From Piromyces finnis finn (lineage: Eukaryota; Fungi; Neocallimastigomycota): a stretch of 64,000 nt of DNA. The stretch spans positions 1,116,001 to 1,180,000 of the forward strand of contig MCFH01000008.1 of NCBI GenBank assembly GCA_002104945.1. The letters run 5' to 3'. The stretch's first letter is position 1. Each line of letters starts with the position of its first letter. The position numbers and the translations under genes were made by a program. Below are positions 1 to 17,504 of the stretch, one piece after another. Under the pieces are notes generated by a model that was not told the DNA's origin, searched no databases, and saw only the letters and a list, made by a program, of their open reading frames with translations.

Positions 1-1609
1 TATTGTTTTTTTTTTTTTTTGAAATGAATTAAAGTGTTTTATATATATACTAAAAGATATTATATTTTAAATGTGTCTTTATTTGAATTAATGGTTAATA
101 TCAATTTTATACTATAAATAGTTAGATATTTTAATGAGATTATATATAATGGAAATATACGTTTTTTTATTAATTTATTTCGGTTTTTTTTTTCTTTTTA
201 TTAAAATTATGTTATTTTTTGATCATTAAAATTAAATAATTATTATTATTTATTTATAGTTTTTAATTAGTTGTTATTTAAAATTTTAAGATTTTATTTA
301 ATGGATTACTTTATTAAAGCAATATAAAAATAAAAAAGCATCAAAAATTTAATTATAAACAATTTAAATCTTAAAAAAAAAACAATATATATATATAATA
401 TAAAAAAAAGATAAACATCTTATTTAATAACTTATTTTCATATACATTTTGTTAAAATAAAAAAAGTCAAAACAAAACAAAGAAAAAAATTTTTTATTGT
501 TTATTAATAAAATAATAATTAAACATTAATCAATTTAAATCGTGTAAATATGCCTTTTTTTTTTTTACCATTACTATTATTATTTTGAAATGAAATTGCT
601 ATTCTATTAAACATTTTTTAATAATACATTACCTTCAAAAGTTGGATATAATTAAAAAAATAATTCCCATTTTTTTTTTTTATTAAATATAAATATTTAT
701 ATTTATAATAGAAAATAATGTGAAACCACAATTTTAAATATTTTAATAAATTTTTTGTACTACAAAAATTTTAATGTTTTCTATATAGGATTATATGTCA
801 TTATTAAAAACATTTACTTGTTCAAATATATAATAACATTTTAATCAGTAAATATATATTAATAGGTAAATAATGGATATTCTAATTCTTATTGATTAAA
901 AATATTTGTAATTAATATACTACATAATATTATAAAAAGTTATGTTATATATTTACTTTTTGATTTATAATTATTTGTATCAATCTATCAATCCAATTGT
1001 CATTTTCATTTATCTAGATTAATACTTTTAAATTTAATTTCTGTAGATTATCCTTTTTTTTTTTTAGCCTATTTATCAGAAGATTCTAAAAAAAATGGAT
1101 AAAAATAGAATTCTAAATAATTTTCTTATTATTTATTTATTTGATGATTTAATCAATGCAGTAATTTAACAAATTTTTATACCGTAAATGTTGAAAGGCG
1201 TAAAAAATAAAGCCATTTTATTATTGATGGCATTTTAACTATAACACACCACATCATAAAAAATGTGTGGTGAAATTTTAAAAAAGTTTTGATTTAGAGG
1301 TTGGTGACATATATATTTTATAGCTTTTTTTGGTGGGCCACCTTGGATCCTTTTTTTTTTTTTTTTACTTATTGTGTAATGAAATAAATTACAAGGCATA
1401 ATGAATCAAATGTGGAATAATTGCGGAAGAATATTTGACTATTAATAAATGTTAAAATTGAAAATTCTATTTCGCTTCAACCTAAATTAATTAAATATTA
1501 TCATTTTATTGGAAAATCCATTTTTCATATAAAAGGAGAAAAAAAATCTTTTTTTTTTTTTAATTTTATTTTAATATAATATAATTAATTAATTAATAGT
1601 TATAATAAA

Positions 1610-3408
1610 ATGTCAAAAATATTATCAAAGAGAGCTCAAAAAATTGTTTCTAAACCAAACATTTTATTGAGTGGTATTTCTAAGGTTTTATTAAATCCTT
1701 ATAGTGAAAATAATCTTAAGGGGATTATTAATTTAGGAACAGCTGAAAATAAATTGAATAATAAAGAAATTTTAGAAAAGGTAATGAAAAAAAAAAAAAA
1801 ATAACAATAATAAATGAAAATCATTCTTTTTTTTTTTATTGGAATCATAATAAGGATTATTATAACCATGTTTTTATTTATAAATAAAAATAATATTTTG
1901 ATTTTGATTTAATTATTTTTAAAATTTAAAATTTTCATTTCATTCCATTTCTTTTTCTTATTTTTAGAAAAACATTAATAATTATTTTAAAAAACCTTTT
2001 ATAATAATTTGCTTTTTGATTAATTTAATAAAGATTTTGAAATTCTAATTAGCTTTTAATTTATTAAGCTAATTTATATGTTATTTTAATATATATATTT
2101 CTTTAATTACATAATTGAAGATCAATGAAGCTCATGGAAAATGTGTTGATAAACATTTATGTTATGGTAGTTTTTCCGGTTCCGAAAAAACAAGATCAAA
2201 TATTGCAAGACTTCTTAATAGATATTTAAAACCAAGAGATGAGATTAAAGCTTCTCAAATTTTTGTTGGTAATGGTTGTGGACCAATGGTAGATATGATG
2301 GGTACTGTTCTTTGTGATGAAGGTGAAGCTTTTATTGTTCCAGAACCATACTATGGTGGTTTTAACTCTGACCTTTCAACTAGAGCTAGTATTGATGTAG
2401 TACCAGTTGGTCATCTTAAGGATGATGTTTTAGGTATCACTGAAGAAATGTTGGAAGAAGTTTATGAAAAAAATAAGGAAAAGGTTAAGGGTATTATTAT
2501 TTCAAATCCAAATAACCCATTTGGTAGAACATATACTACTGAACAATTACTTGTTTTTATTAATTTCTGTCATAAGCATAAACTTCATTTCATTTCTGAT
2601 GAAATCTACGCTCTTTCTCAATTCAGAGATTCTTTCGATGGTAAAAAAGCTAATTTCGTTTCTGTTACTTCTCTTGATCTTCCAGATCCAAGTAGAGTCC
2701 ATGTTTTATATGGTTTATCTAAAGATTTCTGCATGTAAGTCATTTTTATTATACAAAAAAAAAAAAAAAAAAAAAAAATAGCACTATTTTTTTTTTAAAT
2801 GCTATATAATATATAGTATAATAAATATAATAAATAGGATGTAATGTAATATTTTTGTTAAATGATGCTGATTAAAAATGAATTTTTATTATATATTATC
2901 TATTTTTAAATACCAATATTTAAAAATTAAAAGGAATGGTTTCCGTATTGGTGTTATTATGTCAAGATCCTTACCAATTATTGCTGCTCTTAAATCCTAC
3001 AGTATGTTCTGTTGTATTCCAGGATCATATGATACTATGCTTGAAAATTTACTCGATAATGATGAATGGATTGATTATTTTGTTTCTTTAAATCAAAAAC
3101 GTTTAGCTGAAAATTATAAGAAAATAACCAAATCTTTAAAAGAACATAATATTAAATATGTTGATGCTAATTCAGCCTATTTTATGTGGATTGATTTAAG
3201 AGAACAAATAAAAAAGGTCATTTCTAATTATGATGAATCTCCAGCTGATGCTGAAATGAAATTCTGGAACCGTTTACTTAATAATGGTGTTTATATTGCT
3301 CCAAGTGCAGCATTTTATGCTACCGAACCAGGTTTCTTCCGTATTTGTTTTGCTACTCAATGGGATATTCTTTCTGAAGCTTTAGAACGTATCTATAAAT
3401 CTATTTAA
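1610..3408 (+). CDS. ACC-synthase-like PLP-dependent aminotransferase class I/II (3 exons: 1610-1780, 2121-2734, 2934-3408)
   Basis: Motifs GIINLGTAENKL, PYYGGFNSDL, ISNPNNPFG, HFISDEIYA and LSKDFCM/NGFRIG (PLP-binding Lys; the motif is restored across intron 2) and C-terminal PGFFRICFA match ACS/class I aminotransferases. Confidence 0.85.
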
Positions 3409-6400
3409 ATCCATTCAACAAAATTCTAGGAAAATATCTATAAAATCATAAATTAAATCATAAAAAATGTGGTTTTTATACCTACATATATATAAATTTT
3501 TATTACCATCATATCATTTATTTTTTATTAAATGTATAAATTAAGAACATTTAATTTTTTTTTTTTTGTCTTGGAAATACGTCATTCATTTCTATTTAAA
3601 AATATTATAAATAATTAAAAAAAAGATAAATAAAACGGAGCAATTTAAAATTAAAAAAGCAAACAAACTCTGTTAACAATATAAAAAAGTCTATGAAAAA
3701 TTAAAAAGAAAGAAAAAAAAAAAGCAAAAAAATTATTTTTTAAATAAAAAGAAAAGTAATATAAATAATTAAATAATAATATTATTATCATAGAAATAAA
3801 ATTTTCATTTTAGAATTTAAATAGCCAACAAACTATAATTATATATAAAATAAAATTTAAATAAATTATATATCTATGTAAATATATGTATTTTTTTTTT
3901 TCAAAATTTTATTGTAGGGACAGACGATGAGCTATATGGAAAAAAAAAGAAAATTAATATTTAATTTGAAATTGAAAGGTCATTATAATATCTAATTATA
4001 ATAAGATAAACATTAGAAATTGATTTTTGAGGAAATTAAAAATCCAAAAAGAAATGAAATTATGAAATTTATCATAATGAATCATCTTTTAATTTTAAAA
4101 ATTTTAAATATCCTCTTTTATTATTACTATTAATCTATTTTTTCTATATGATTAATTGATGCTAAAATGAATTCTTGAATTCTTGTATAAATTACTAAAA
4201 ATAAAATAAAATAAAAAAGATTGGTAATGAATAATAAACAGTTAAAAAGTATATAGCACATATATTTTAAAATTAAATTTACTTTTGGTGGTGGTTAAGT
4301 TCAAAAAAAATAAAATATTTAAATCCATACCTTAATGATTTATAATATTTTTATATTGAAGTTTTATGGGTAGATTTAATACTTTATAAAGTCAAATTAG
4401 ATAAAGTTGTATTGTTATTATAGATAAAAAGAAATATTAATTATGAAACGATAAGGGAAAATGTTTATAAAATAAAGAAATAAATAACAAAAATCATTAA
4501 CGATAAGTGAAAAAATGAAATACCAAAAATTTGGTTAATGTTCATATAAATATTTATAATAAAATTAAATGTCATTCTTCCACATCAACGAATAACAAAA
4601 AAGACTTTTAGAATATTTCACTTTTTTTTTTTTATTTATAATTAATTTATTATTTGTTTTATTTTTTATTTATAGTATTAATTATACTGATTAGTAATAA
4701 AATCAATTAATTAGTATTTGGTATTAATAATGAAGAAATAAAATTTTCATTTATTATTTAAAAGTAGGTGTAACTAGATTGGATATTAAAAATGTAATAC
4801 CTATACCATTAATTACAATAATTATGCATAGACTTTTTTTTTTCTTTAATTTACTATGAAATTAAAAAAAAAAAAAACACTAAATATATAAAATTAACTA
4901 AAAAATGATGCTAATTGTAGTTTTAGTTTTGAACTCAACATTTTCCCTTTTTTTAATGTTTAGTTGAAAAAAATAAAAAAGTTGACAAATAATAAAAGAT
5001 TTTATTGGTTAATTTATCCTACAAAAAGAAAATAAATAATTTTGGCTTTATAAAAACTTTTTTAATAGTTAAACTATTACATATTATTCTAATATTTCAT
5101 TTTGTTAATAAAAATATATTCGAATACATGAAAAAGTAAACATTGAAACTAAATTCATCTTTTAATCAGGCTACATTTAGTTTTATCTTCTAATTTGATA
5201 CTACATAAAGTTTTCTTTTTTTTTTTTTTTTTTTTTTTTTACTATAGGAAATAGTAAATTTTTTTTTTAATATAAAATATTTAGTTTATTAATATAAAAA
5301 AAATTTATTAAAAAAAAAAAAAAGATAAATTAAAAAAAATGGAATCGTTAAAAATTTATTGGTTGTTTTATCCTAAATTAAAAAAACTTTAAAAAGTGTG
5401 GATCATAGTTCTTAATGTGGAATAATATGAACTTGGTGAATGACATGATAAATTATATATGTAATCGATGGAACTTTATTATTTTTTTTTTTTGTATAAT
5501 AAAACTATTTAATTAATGAATTATAATAGAAAAACAATGTATGAAATGCATTTTTATTTCTATTTTAAAAATAGTAAAAAAAAAAAAATCTCAATACCAT
5601 TATAATTATTATTATTATTATTTATTATTATTATACATTATTCTTAAAGTAATTTATGAATTAATTATAAATTAAATAATTACTAGACAGATTTTTTTTT
5701 CATTTTTTCTTTTTAATTGATAATTATGATAAAAAAATGCCAATAAAAAGTATAAAGATTTAATTCCATTATAATATATACATTATATATATAATGTATA
5801 TGTATATATAATGATATTTAATAGTATTTTATATAGAGACCATTACTGATTTCAAAAGATTTTTTTTATTGGTAATTCATTTTTTTTAAAGTTTATATTT
5901 TATTAAAAATGGAGGTTTAAATTTTAATGGATTACATTCCTAGATGTCTCAACAAAAAAGTTAACTATTAATTTATAATCGATATAATATACTAATTATT
6001 TATTTAATGATATAATAATTCATTCATTTATTTATTTTAAAATATTGGCTTTTTTTTAAAAACATTCTCAAATAACCAGAAAAAATATGTATGTTTCATT
6101 ACTACCATTTATATAGTAACATTCTAGTTTAATTATGTATTATAATATTATATGCGTACTATATTTTTTATATTGTATAGATTAAAGGATTATTTGTTTA
6201 ATAATTATAAATAAAAACATGAATAGATAAAAAAAAGAGTTATATGAGTGATGATAAAAATATAACAAAATAATATAAATGCTATGAACACAGAAAAAGC
6301 TATTATAACTATAAATATGTAGACAACTATTGAAATGTTATATTATTTTATGAATTTAGGATTTAATAAATAGAATGAGCTTTAAATATTCAGCTATTAT

Positions 6401-6765
6401 ATAATAAAAGAAAAAAAAAGCTATTATAATTCTTAATATAATACAATTATGTAATAATATGTTATTCCTATACCTATTACTCTTTTGATATATGCCATAT
6501 GCCATTGACAATAATAAATGTATAATCATAACCATTTATTATTTTTTTAATTTGTTTTTTTTTTTTTTTTTCGATTAAAAATATTAAATGAATGAATTAA
6601 ATAATTTATAATTTAATATATTATATATAAATCGATAAATATATCTTTAAAATTTTAATGTTAAAAAAAAAATTAATTTAAATATAAACTACACAAAATA
6701 TTTTTTAAATTCAATAAAAAGTATTTTTCTTAATTTTCTAATACATAAAAATAATATTAAAAAAA

Positions 6766-6858
6766 TGGATGGAAGCTCATATGAACAAGCTTTAATATTA
6801 GCTGCCATTGCAGGTTTCTCAACTTTTATTGGAGCTGTTTTACCTCTTTTGTAAATAT

Positions 6859-6889
<31 letters not shown>

Positions 6890-7841
6890 TTAATATTAAT
6901 AATAATAATAATTAAACAACAACTTGAAGTACTAATCTATATTAACTCTATTTTTTTTATAAAGAAATTTCAAAATTAAAAAAAGCATAAAGAAAATTTC
7001 ATATTTAGTTTTTACATTATCATTAGCAGCGGGTGTAATGACTTATATTTCACTTGTAGAGATGATGCCAGAAGCCGTAAATCAATTTAAAAGTACTGAA
7101 TTACCTTTAAATATAAATCCAGTTTTTGCTCAATCATTATTCTTTTTTATTGGTATTTTATTATGTATTGTTTTTGATTATATCATTGAACATGTTAGTG
7201 GTAAAAATAATCATTTTGATATGGCTGACGATTTAGAAAATATTAAATATGAAGTGGAAGAAAACATAGAGAATACTAACAAATTAAATAATGGTATAAA
7301 TCCATCTCATCCAGATACCGAAGTTACTATTTGTATTGATGATATAAAAGAAGATGATAAAAGAAATTTAAAATATCTTGGTTTTTTAACTGCTTTTGCT
7401 ATTACTTTTCACAATATTCCAGAAGGTGTGGCTACTTTCTCATCTGCTGTTTCAAATACTAAAACTGGTATAATGTTAACAGTTGCTATTTCAATACATA
7501 ATATTCCTGAAGGATTAAGTGTTGCTTTTCCAATATATTTTTCTACTGGAAATAAGGTTAAGGCTTTCTTATGGGGTGCCTTTTCTGGTGTTGCTGAACC
7601 ACTTGCTGCTTTAACTGAATACTTAATTCTTAAGATTTTTAAAATTGAAAATACTGATTTTTCTCCATTTTCTCATGGTATTATTTTCGCTGTTGTTGCT
7701 GGTGTTATGACTTATATTAGTCTTTGTGAACTTTTACCAACAGCAAGAAAATTCGATAATTCAGGTTCTATTACAATGAAAGGTTTTATTATTGGTATGG
7801 CAATTATGGCAATTTCTCTAGTTTTGTTAGATATCTTTTAA
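6766..7841 (+). CDS. ZIP-family divalent metal (Zn/Fe) transporter, ZupT/GufA-like (exons 6766-6850, 6965-7841)
   Basis: Exon 1 MDGSSYEQALILAAIAGFSTFIGAVLPL joins in frame to ...SLAAGVMTYISLVE. Twin HNIPEG motifs (TFHNIPEGVATF, SIHNIPEGLSVA), SGVAEP and multiple hydrophobic helices. Confidence 0.9.
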
Positions 7842-10174
7842 ATTTTTTTTTTTTTTAAAAAAAGGAAGAAGGAAAAAAAAAAGTTTTTAAAGTTTAAGAT
7901 ATTTATAAAAGAATTTTTTAATATTATTATTTGCTGTTCTGTTCCTCTTTTGTAATATATCTTTTTCATTATAGAAGAATTAAGAAAAAATCAAAAATAT
8001 CATGGATAATGCTTATTTCAAAATTTATAAAATTTCAAATTCAATTTGAAACAAAAAATTCAAATCTTTTATAAAATTTAAATATCAAAATTCAAAAATC
8101 AAAAATCAATTAAAAATTAAATCTTAATTCAATATTTATAATTTTAATATTTTTTTTTAATACAACATTATAATTTATTTAATATTTATGAAAATCAACA
8201 TAATAGTATATATATAATTAATTATTAAAAAAATATAAATGATTTAATCTCTATAAGTCTATAGTCAGCTCAATTATTATAAATATGAAATTCCACATTA
8301 TAATAATTAAAAATCTTATTAAACATAATGGAAAAGGATTTAATCCCAAAAAAAATCATATCAGTTACTATTCAAAATTATTAATAAGAAATATATTTAA
8401 ATTACTATGAATGACATGAAAATTAAAAAAAAAAAACCGGTTAACATTAATTTATAAAAGTTTTTTTTCTTTTAACACAAATATAATAATTTTTTATATG
8501 AACGGTAATTTTTTTAAAAGTTTAAAGAACTTTTTTTTCTTTAAATATAACATAATTTAATGCAAAAATTTATATACTAGAGTGATTTTACAATTAAATT
8601 AAAAATGATGATAATTCTAAAGATTTATATTTATTATTTTTTAAAAATACATATTCATATATTCATGTATATAATAATAATTATAATAACAATAACGATA
8701 TTTATTGGTAAATGAATACTTTATATAAATATATGATATTTAGGTCATTCATTTTGGATAGGTTTAAAAAAATTAATGGTGGTTATAGCATGATTTATTA
8801 TGAATCTATATAAAGTGATGTTATTATTTATTATGGTTATTTATGACATCTTAATGAATCATAATTATTAAAAATCTTGTATTTTAACCTATAATAATTT
8901 TACTAGTTTTTTTTTAAAAGAAAAACCTTTATAAATAATGATAATAAAGTTTTGTATTAATTTCATGTTGAACATTCTTTTCATTTATTATTTATTAAAG
9001 TTTAGTAAAAAGGAATCATAAAACTTTACAGAATATTTTTTATTTAAATTTAGATTTATTGATTGTTGTAAAATAAAATGTTTGTAATTCCCAATATTGA
9101 TTAAATTATATAAAGATAAAATAAATATCTTATATAATATCTCATACATTTTTTTTTTTAAATATTGTCTTTAATTGATTTGTTTTAAGTTAGATATAAT
9201 GAATAGTATTTTAGAACTCTATATATATATATTTTTTTTTTGAATACCAAATTTTTAATTTTAATTTATCAATATTCTAATATTCTAATTTCTAATTTTA
9301 AACATATAAAGTATCCATTTGTTATTAAGGTTTTTTTTATTTTTTAATATTAATTATTCATTTGGTATGATTAACTTTTTCTATATAAAAAAAAAAACTA
9401 CTAAAGATGTAATATTAATATTTTGTTGTATTAGTACTATATATATTTAAGTAATGATATATAGATAATATATGAATGAAAAAATAATAAAAAAACTTTT
9501 TTTTAAAAGTCGATTTCTTTTTTTTTTTTTTTTAATATTAATTTAAAAATTCTCATTTATATTTTAAATTTTGTTGTATTAATCAAACATAATTAATTTA
9601 ATTTAATATAAAAGTATTTATTAATTATTTTATTAATATAATTTATTTATATTAATTTTTTTTAAACTTGTTTCATTATTGATTGTATTTTTTTTACTAT
9701 ATATATATATATATTATTATTTTGAAGTTAAATGTATGATTTACTTTTAATGTTTAACTTCATAATTGACAAAAATATTTAAACCTTTTCCCTACTACTA
9801 TATATATACATTTTTTTTTATTTTCTCTAAAATAAAACCAAAAATAATATATATATCTCATTAAATACATCATAATAAATTTCAATAAATACAAAATAAG
9901 CGTAAATATTTTTATTTTATTATAAATATTTCATATAACATATTTTATTAAAGAAAATCACAAATATATTATACTATCTAATAATTCATAACATCTAATT
10001 ATTTAAAAAGTAAGATTTTCTATTTAGATAAGATTTTTTTTTTTTTTTTAAAAAAAATTTAAAATAATATTTCATTTAAAAAATATTATAAAATATATTA
10101 TACAAATAATTTTAAAAGATAAAATAACACATATATTGTAGTTATTAACTTCAAATCTAATATATTTATATATA

Positions 10175-10213
<39 letters not shown>

Positions 10214-10306
10214 GGCAATATATATACTAGATAAATATTAAATTGTTATTATTTTTAATAAAAAAAGTAAATAATAATAATAATAATAATAAAAAATAAT
10301 AAAGTT

Positions 10307-13956
<3,650 letters not shown>

Positions 13957-14717
13957 TTTTTATTTAAAATCCTATTTAGTATGCAAAATAACTAAATGAT
14001 ATTCAAACAGCAGATATCCAAAAGAAAAAATATATATATATCTTATTTTCTTTTTTTATTTTTATGCTTCTATTTTATCAATAATATAATATTTTTCTAA
14101 TTAATATACTAATTTAATGTTATTATTATAAATATTAGTAGATTAAATTTATTATTTTTTTATTCTTTAAAAAAATAAAATTGTAAAAAAGAGGTCTTGT
14201 TTTACTTTAAAAAAATAAGAATTCTAATTAAATAATAATAATAAAAGTAAATTTAAATTAATCCCACTTTTTTTAATATGGATTATTAATAAATCATATG
14301 ACTATTAATTTTTAATTTAATACTTTTTTAATTATTATATGTATTATCCATTTATGTTTTTTTTTTTTTTTGAAAGAGTTTTTATTTTTAAAATTTATAA
14401 TTTCCATTTGAATTTTCATATTTTTTTTTTTTTCAACACTCTAATTTACATATTATTAATAAGAATATATATATGTATAAACATATAAATCAAAAAGTGA
14501 ATGGATTTATTGATATATACTTATTAAATAATAATAATAAATTGGAATAGAAAAATTGTGGTACTAAATTCCTTTTCCATAGAAAGCTTAATAGAAGAAT
14601 ATTAATAAAAAAATTTAATATAACTTAATTTTTTAATAATTTATCAAAATTTTTAAAAGAATAAAATTTATAAAGAGCGATAAAAAAAATTTTTGTAAAA
14701 TAAAATAGAATATTAAA

Positions 14718-15794
14718 ATGATCAAGATTTCTGAAAAATTAAATAAATATGTTATATTAACTTTTTGTGATGTATCATTGTTTGGTCCTAAGGTTGCTTT
14801 AACTGTTGAATCAAAAAATCCGGCCGTTCAAATTAAAAGCCCTTTATTTGATAAAGTTAAAGAATATCAAGATAAGAAAATAGCGAAGTATCAAAATAAT
14901 GAATTTTTAGAAGAAATTGGAAGTACTTTAGAACCCATTACATCTGAATTCCAAGATTTTTCTGAATTTCTTGTTATTCAAAATGAAAAAGATGTAATTA
15001 TTATTATATTTTTAAAATGCTATTAAAATTTGTTTAAATTAAAAAATTTCAAAAAAAAAAAAATATTACAAATTAAAATTCAATATACTAATACACATGT
15101 TCCTATAACTTTTATTATTAATGAATTTCAAACAATATTAAAGTATTCTTTAATAACAATTACTGCAAGATTACCAGAGTATACAAATGCACTTCTTTCA
15201 AAATCTTTAATAAATTTATTTATCGAAAATTCAGTCGAGAGTGTTATAATAGTATCCTCTTTAGATACAAATATTCCTTCTGATAAAAAAATATATGGAT
15301 ATAGTACTTCAGGAAAATTAATGGGTACTTGATGCTATTAATAAAGAATTAGTAATATATATGTATAAATAATTAATTATTTTTATTATTCTTTTATTAC
15401 ATATATATAGTTCCAAATGTTGAAATTCTTGATGATGATTTACAATTAAATAATTCTTTCCTTAATACTTTAAAAATTTTGCTTAATATTAAAAACATTC
15501 CAACAATTTATTTAGTTTGTTTAGGAAAGAAGATTTATAAGGATACTCAATTGGAAGAACAGGTAAAACTATAATAACAAAAATTTTAAAGTATAATTAT
15601 TTTATAAAAGTAATGGTTCATAAAAATTAATGTTATTTATTCTCTATATATAATTGTTAAATAAATTGCTCTATTAGAATTTAAAATTAATGAAAGACGT
15701 CCTAAATTCAATAACAGGTTTAACCTTTAAAAATACCAAACCACAATTAAGTGATAGTCTAACACAAAAAACTGAAGAATTATTATATATATAA
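14718..15794 (+). CDS. Putative proteasome assembly chaperone (PAC1/PAC2, Pba1/Pba2-like); exons about 14718-14993, 15144-15325, 15411-15562, 15679-15794
   Basis: Spliced product of about 250 aa with an alpha/beta pattern (VILTFCDVSLFG; ESVIIVSSL). It ends ...TEELLYI*, a C-terminal HbYX motif as in Pba1/PAC1-type chaperones. The family call is inference. Confidence 0.5.
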
Positions 15795-16312
15795 TTAATA
15801 TTACAATTGTTACAAATCATTTAATTATTACAGAAATTATAAAAAATTCCTTGTTTATAAAGTAATAATAATTCCATAAAAAAAAAAAAGGCTGTAAAAT
15901 ACATATATATATATATATATATATAAACCAAATTATCTAAACATTTATATAGTATTAACAAAAAATATCTATTAACATGTAACTAAATTTAAATTCTAAT
16001 ACTCTTTAAAAATAATAAAAATAATACATTAATCACTTATTATCTTACTCCTGAAGAATATATTATTTTTTAAACACATTATTTTTATTATACTTTATTT
16101 TACTTTATTTTTTTTTTATTAAATTGATAATTTGATATTATTGTATTATAACAATAACAAATTGTTATTGTTATTGTTATTATTTTTTTTGATATATTTG
16201 TAATTTTCAATAAATAGTATTTAAATACTTTTATTATTATTATTTTTTTTATATATAAATTTCGAAATTATATGATATTTTTTTTGCTTCATATTTTTGT
16301 TTAATAATTTCC

Positions 16313-17504
16313 TTATGATCGTATATTGTTATTAGCACCACGTCCTCTGTTACTATTTCTTCCCCGTCCTAAATATTATTTTTAAAAAATTAAAAGATTA
16401 ATAAATTATGCGATAAATACAACACATATATATAGATAATTCATAAAATATATTTTAAAATAAACAAAAAACCAAATTTTATATTTTTATTATAATTACC
16501 TCTTCCTCTCATATTATTACGATTACGCATTTGATTTTTATTTCTTTGACTTTCTTCTTTAACATTATCTATAACCTATTATTGAGAATTGAATTCAAAT
16601 ATATAAAGATTTGAAAATAATTAATTATTTTTAATTTGTCTAAATATAATAATTATTAATAATAATATTTTACATCATCTTGAATTCTTAAATATTTAAT
16701 GGAAGAACCACGAATATAACATTCTTCTAAGCTGTAAAAGGTTTCACCATCCTTTCAAATATTATATATAGGAATATTAATATATTTACATTTTAATATT
16801 AATTAATTGTAATAAGATTTAATAATTTAATTACCGGTGAGGTTAAAATAACTTTTTGTAAACTAATGTTCATCCAAGGCTATTTTTATTTAATAAAAAA
16901 AAAGTAATTTATATATATATATACATATTATAATTAAGTTAATAAATTTAACTTTTTCTTTAAAAAAAAAAAAAAAAAATTTAAAGTACTGTTTTAAAAT
17001 ATTTTTTAAAATATAATAAATTGTACAAATTATATTTATAAATATTTATTATATTTATATATATTTTTTGTTAATTATTATTGAACCATTGAAATGTAAA
17101 ATACATTTATATCAGTTTTTTTTAAGATTTACATTAATCTTTCAAATCTTTTGTTGATCTTTTTAAAATTATTATGTTTTCAGTATATTTTTATTTATTT
17201 TATTTTAAAGATTTGAAACTAATAATTATTTTTATAAATTATAAAATTTTTTTATATTCCTTAAATGGTATAATATTTACATCACAATTTACTAAATGGC
17301 CATTATATGTTTCACCATTTTTTAATTCAACTTGCATTGGACGACCCTTTGAAGCATTTAATAATGATAATGGTAACTATAATAGATTATACATATAATA
17401 GATTTATTAATTTGATTTATTTTATTTTTTTTTTGATTAATCTTTTCGTATTTATTGATTTCCTTTAATAATTTAAAATTTATATATATATATATATATA
17501 CCAT
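16313..17504 (-). CDS. LSM4: U6 snRNA-associated Sm-like protein Lsm4 (6 coding exons; the first carries only the ATG)
   Basis: M|[32 protein letters not shown]|[15 protein letters not shown]|[25 protein letters not shown]... followed by an RG-rich tail ([14 protein letters not shown]). Confidence 0.93.

Noticed and set aside
631-642. ACCTTCAAAAGT resembling a Zap1 zinc-responsive element
   Set aside because: It mismatches ACCTTNAAGGT and lies about 6 kb from the ZIP gene with another gene in between.
1409-5426. Shared 13-mer AATGTGGAATAAT at 1409 and 5414
   Set aside because: Mostly A/T. A post hoc match of this kind is expected somewhere in several kb of such biased DNA.
17174-17398. + strand 74-aa ORF
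   Set aside because: Antisense to LSM4 exon 2, which has clear family identity.
17502-17504. LSM4 first coding exon containing only the ATG
   Set aside because: It is part of a larger 5'UTR exon, not an internal micro-exon. Start-codon-only first exons are a familiar arrangement.
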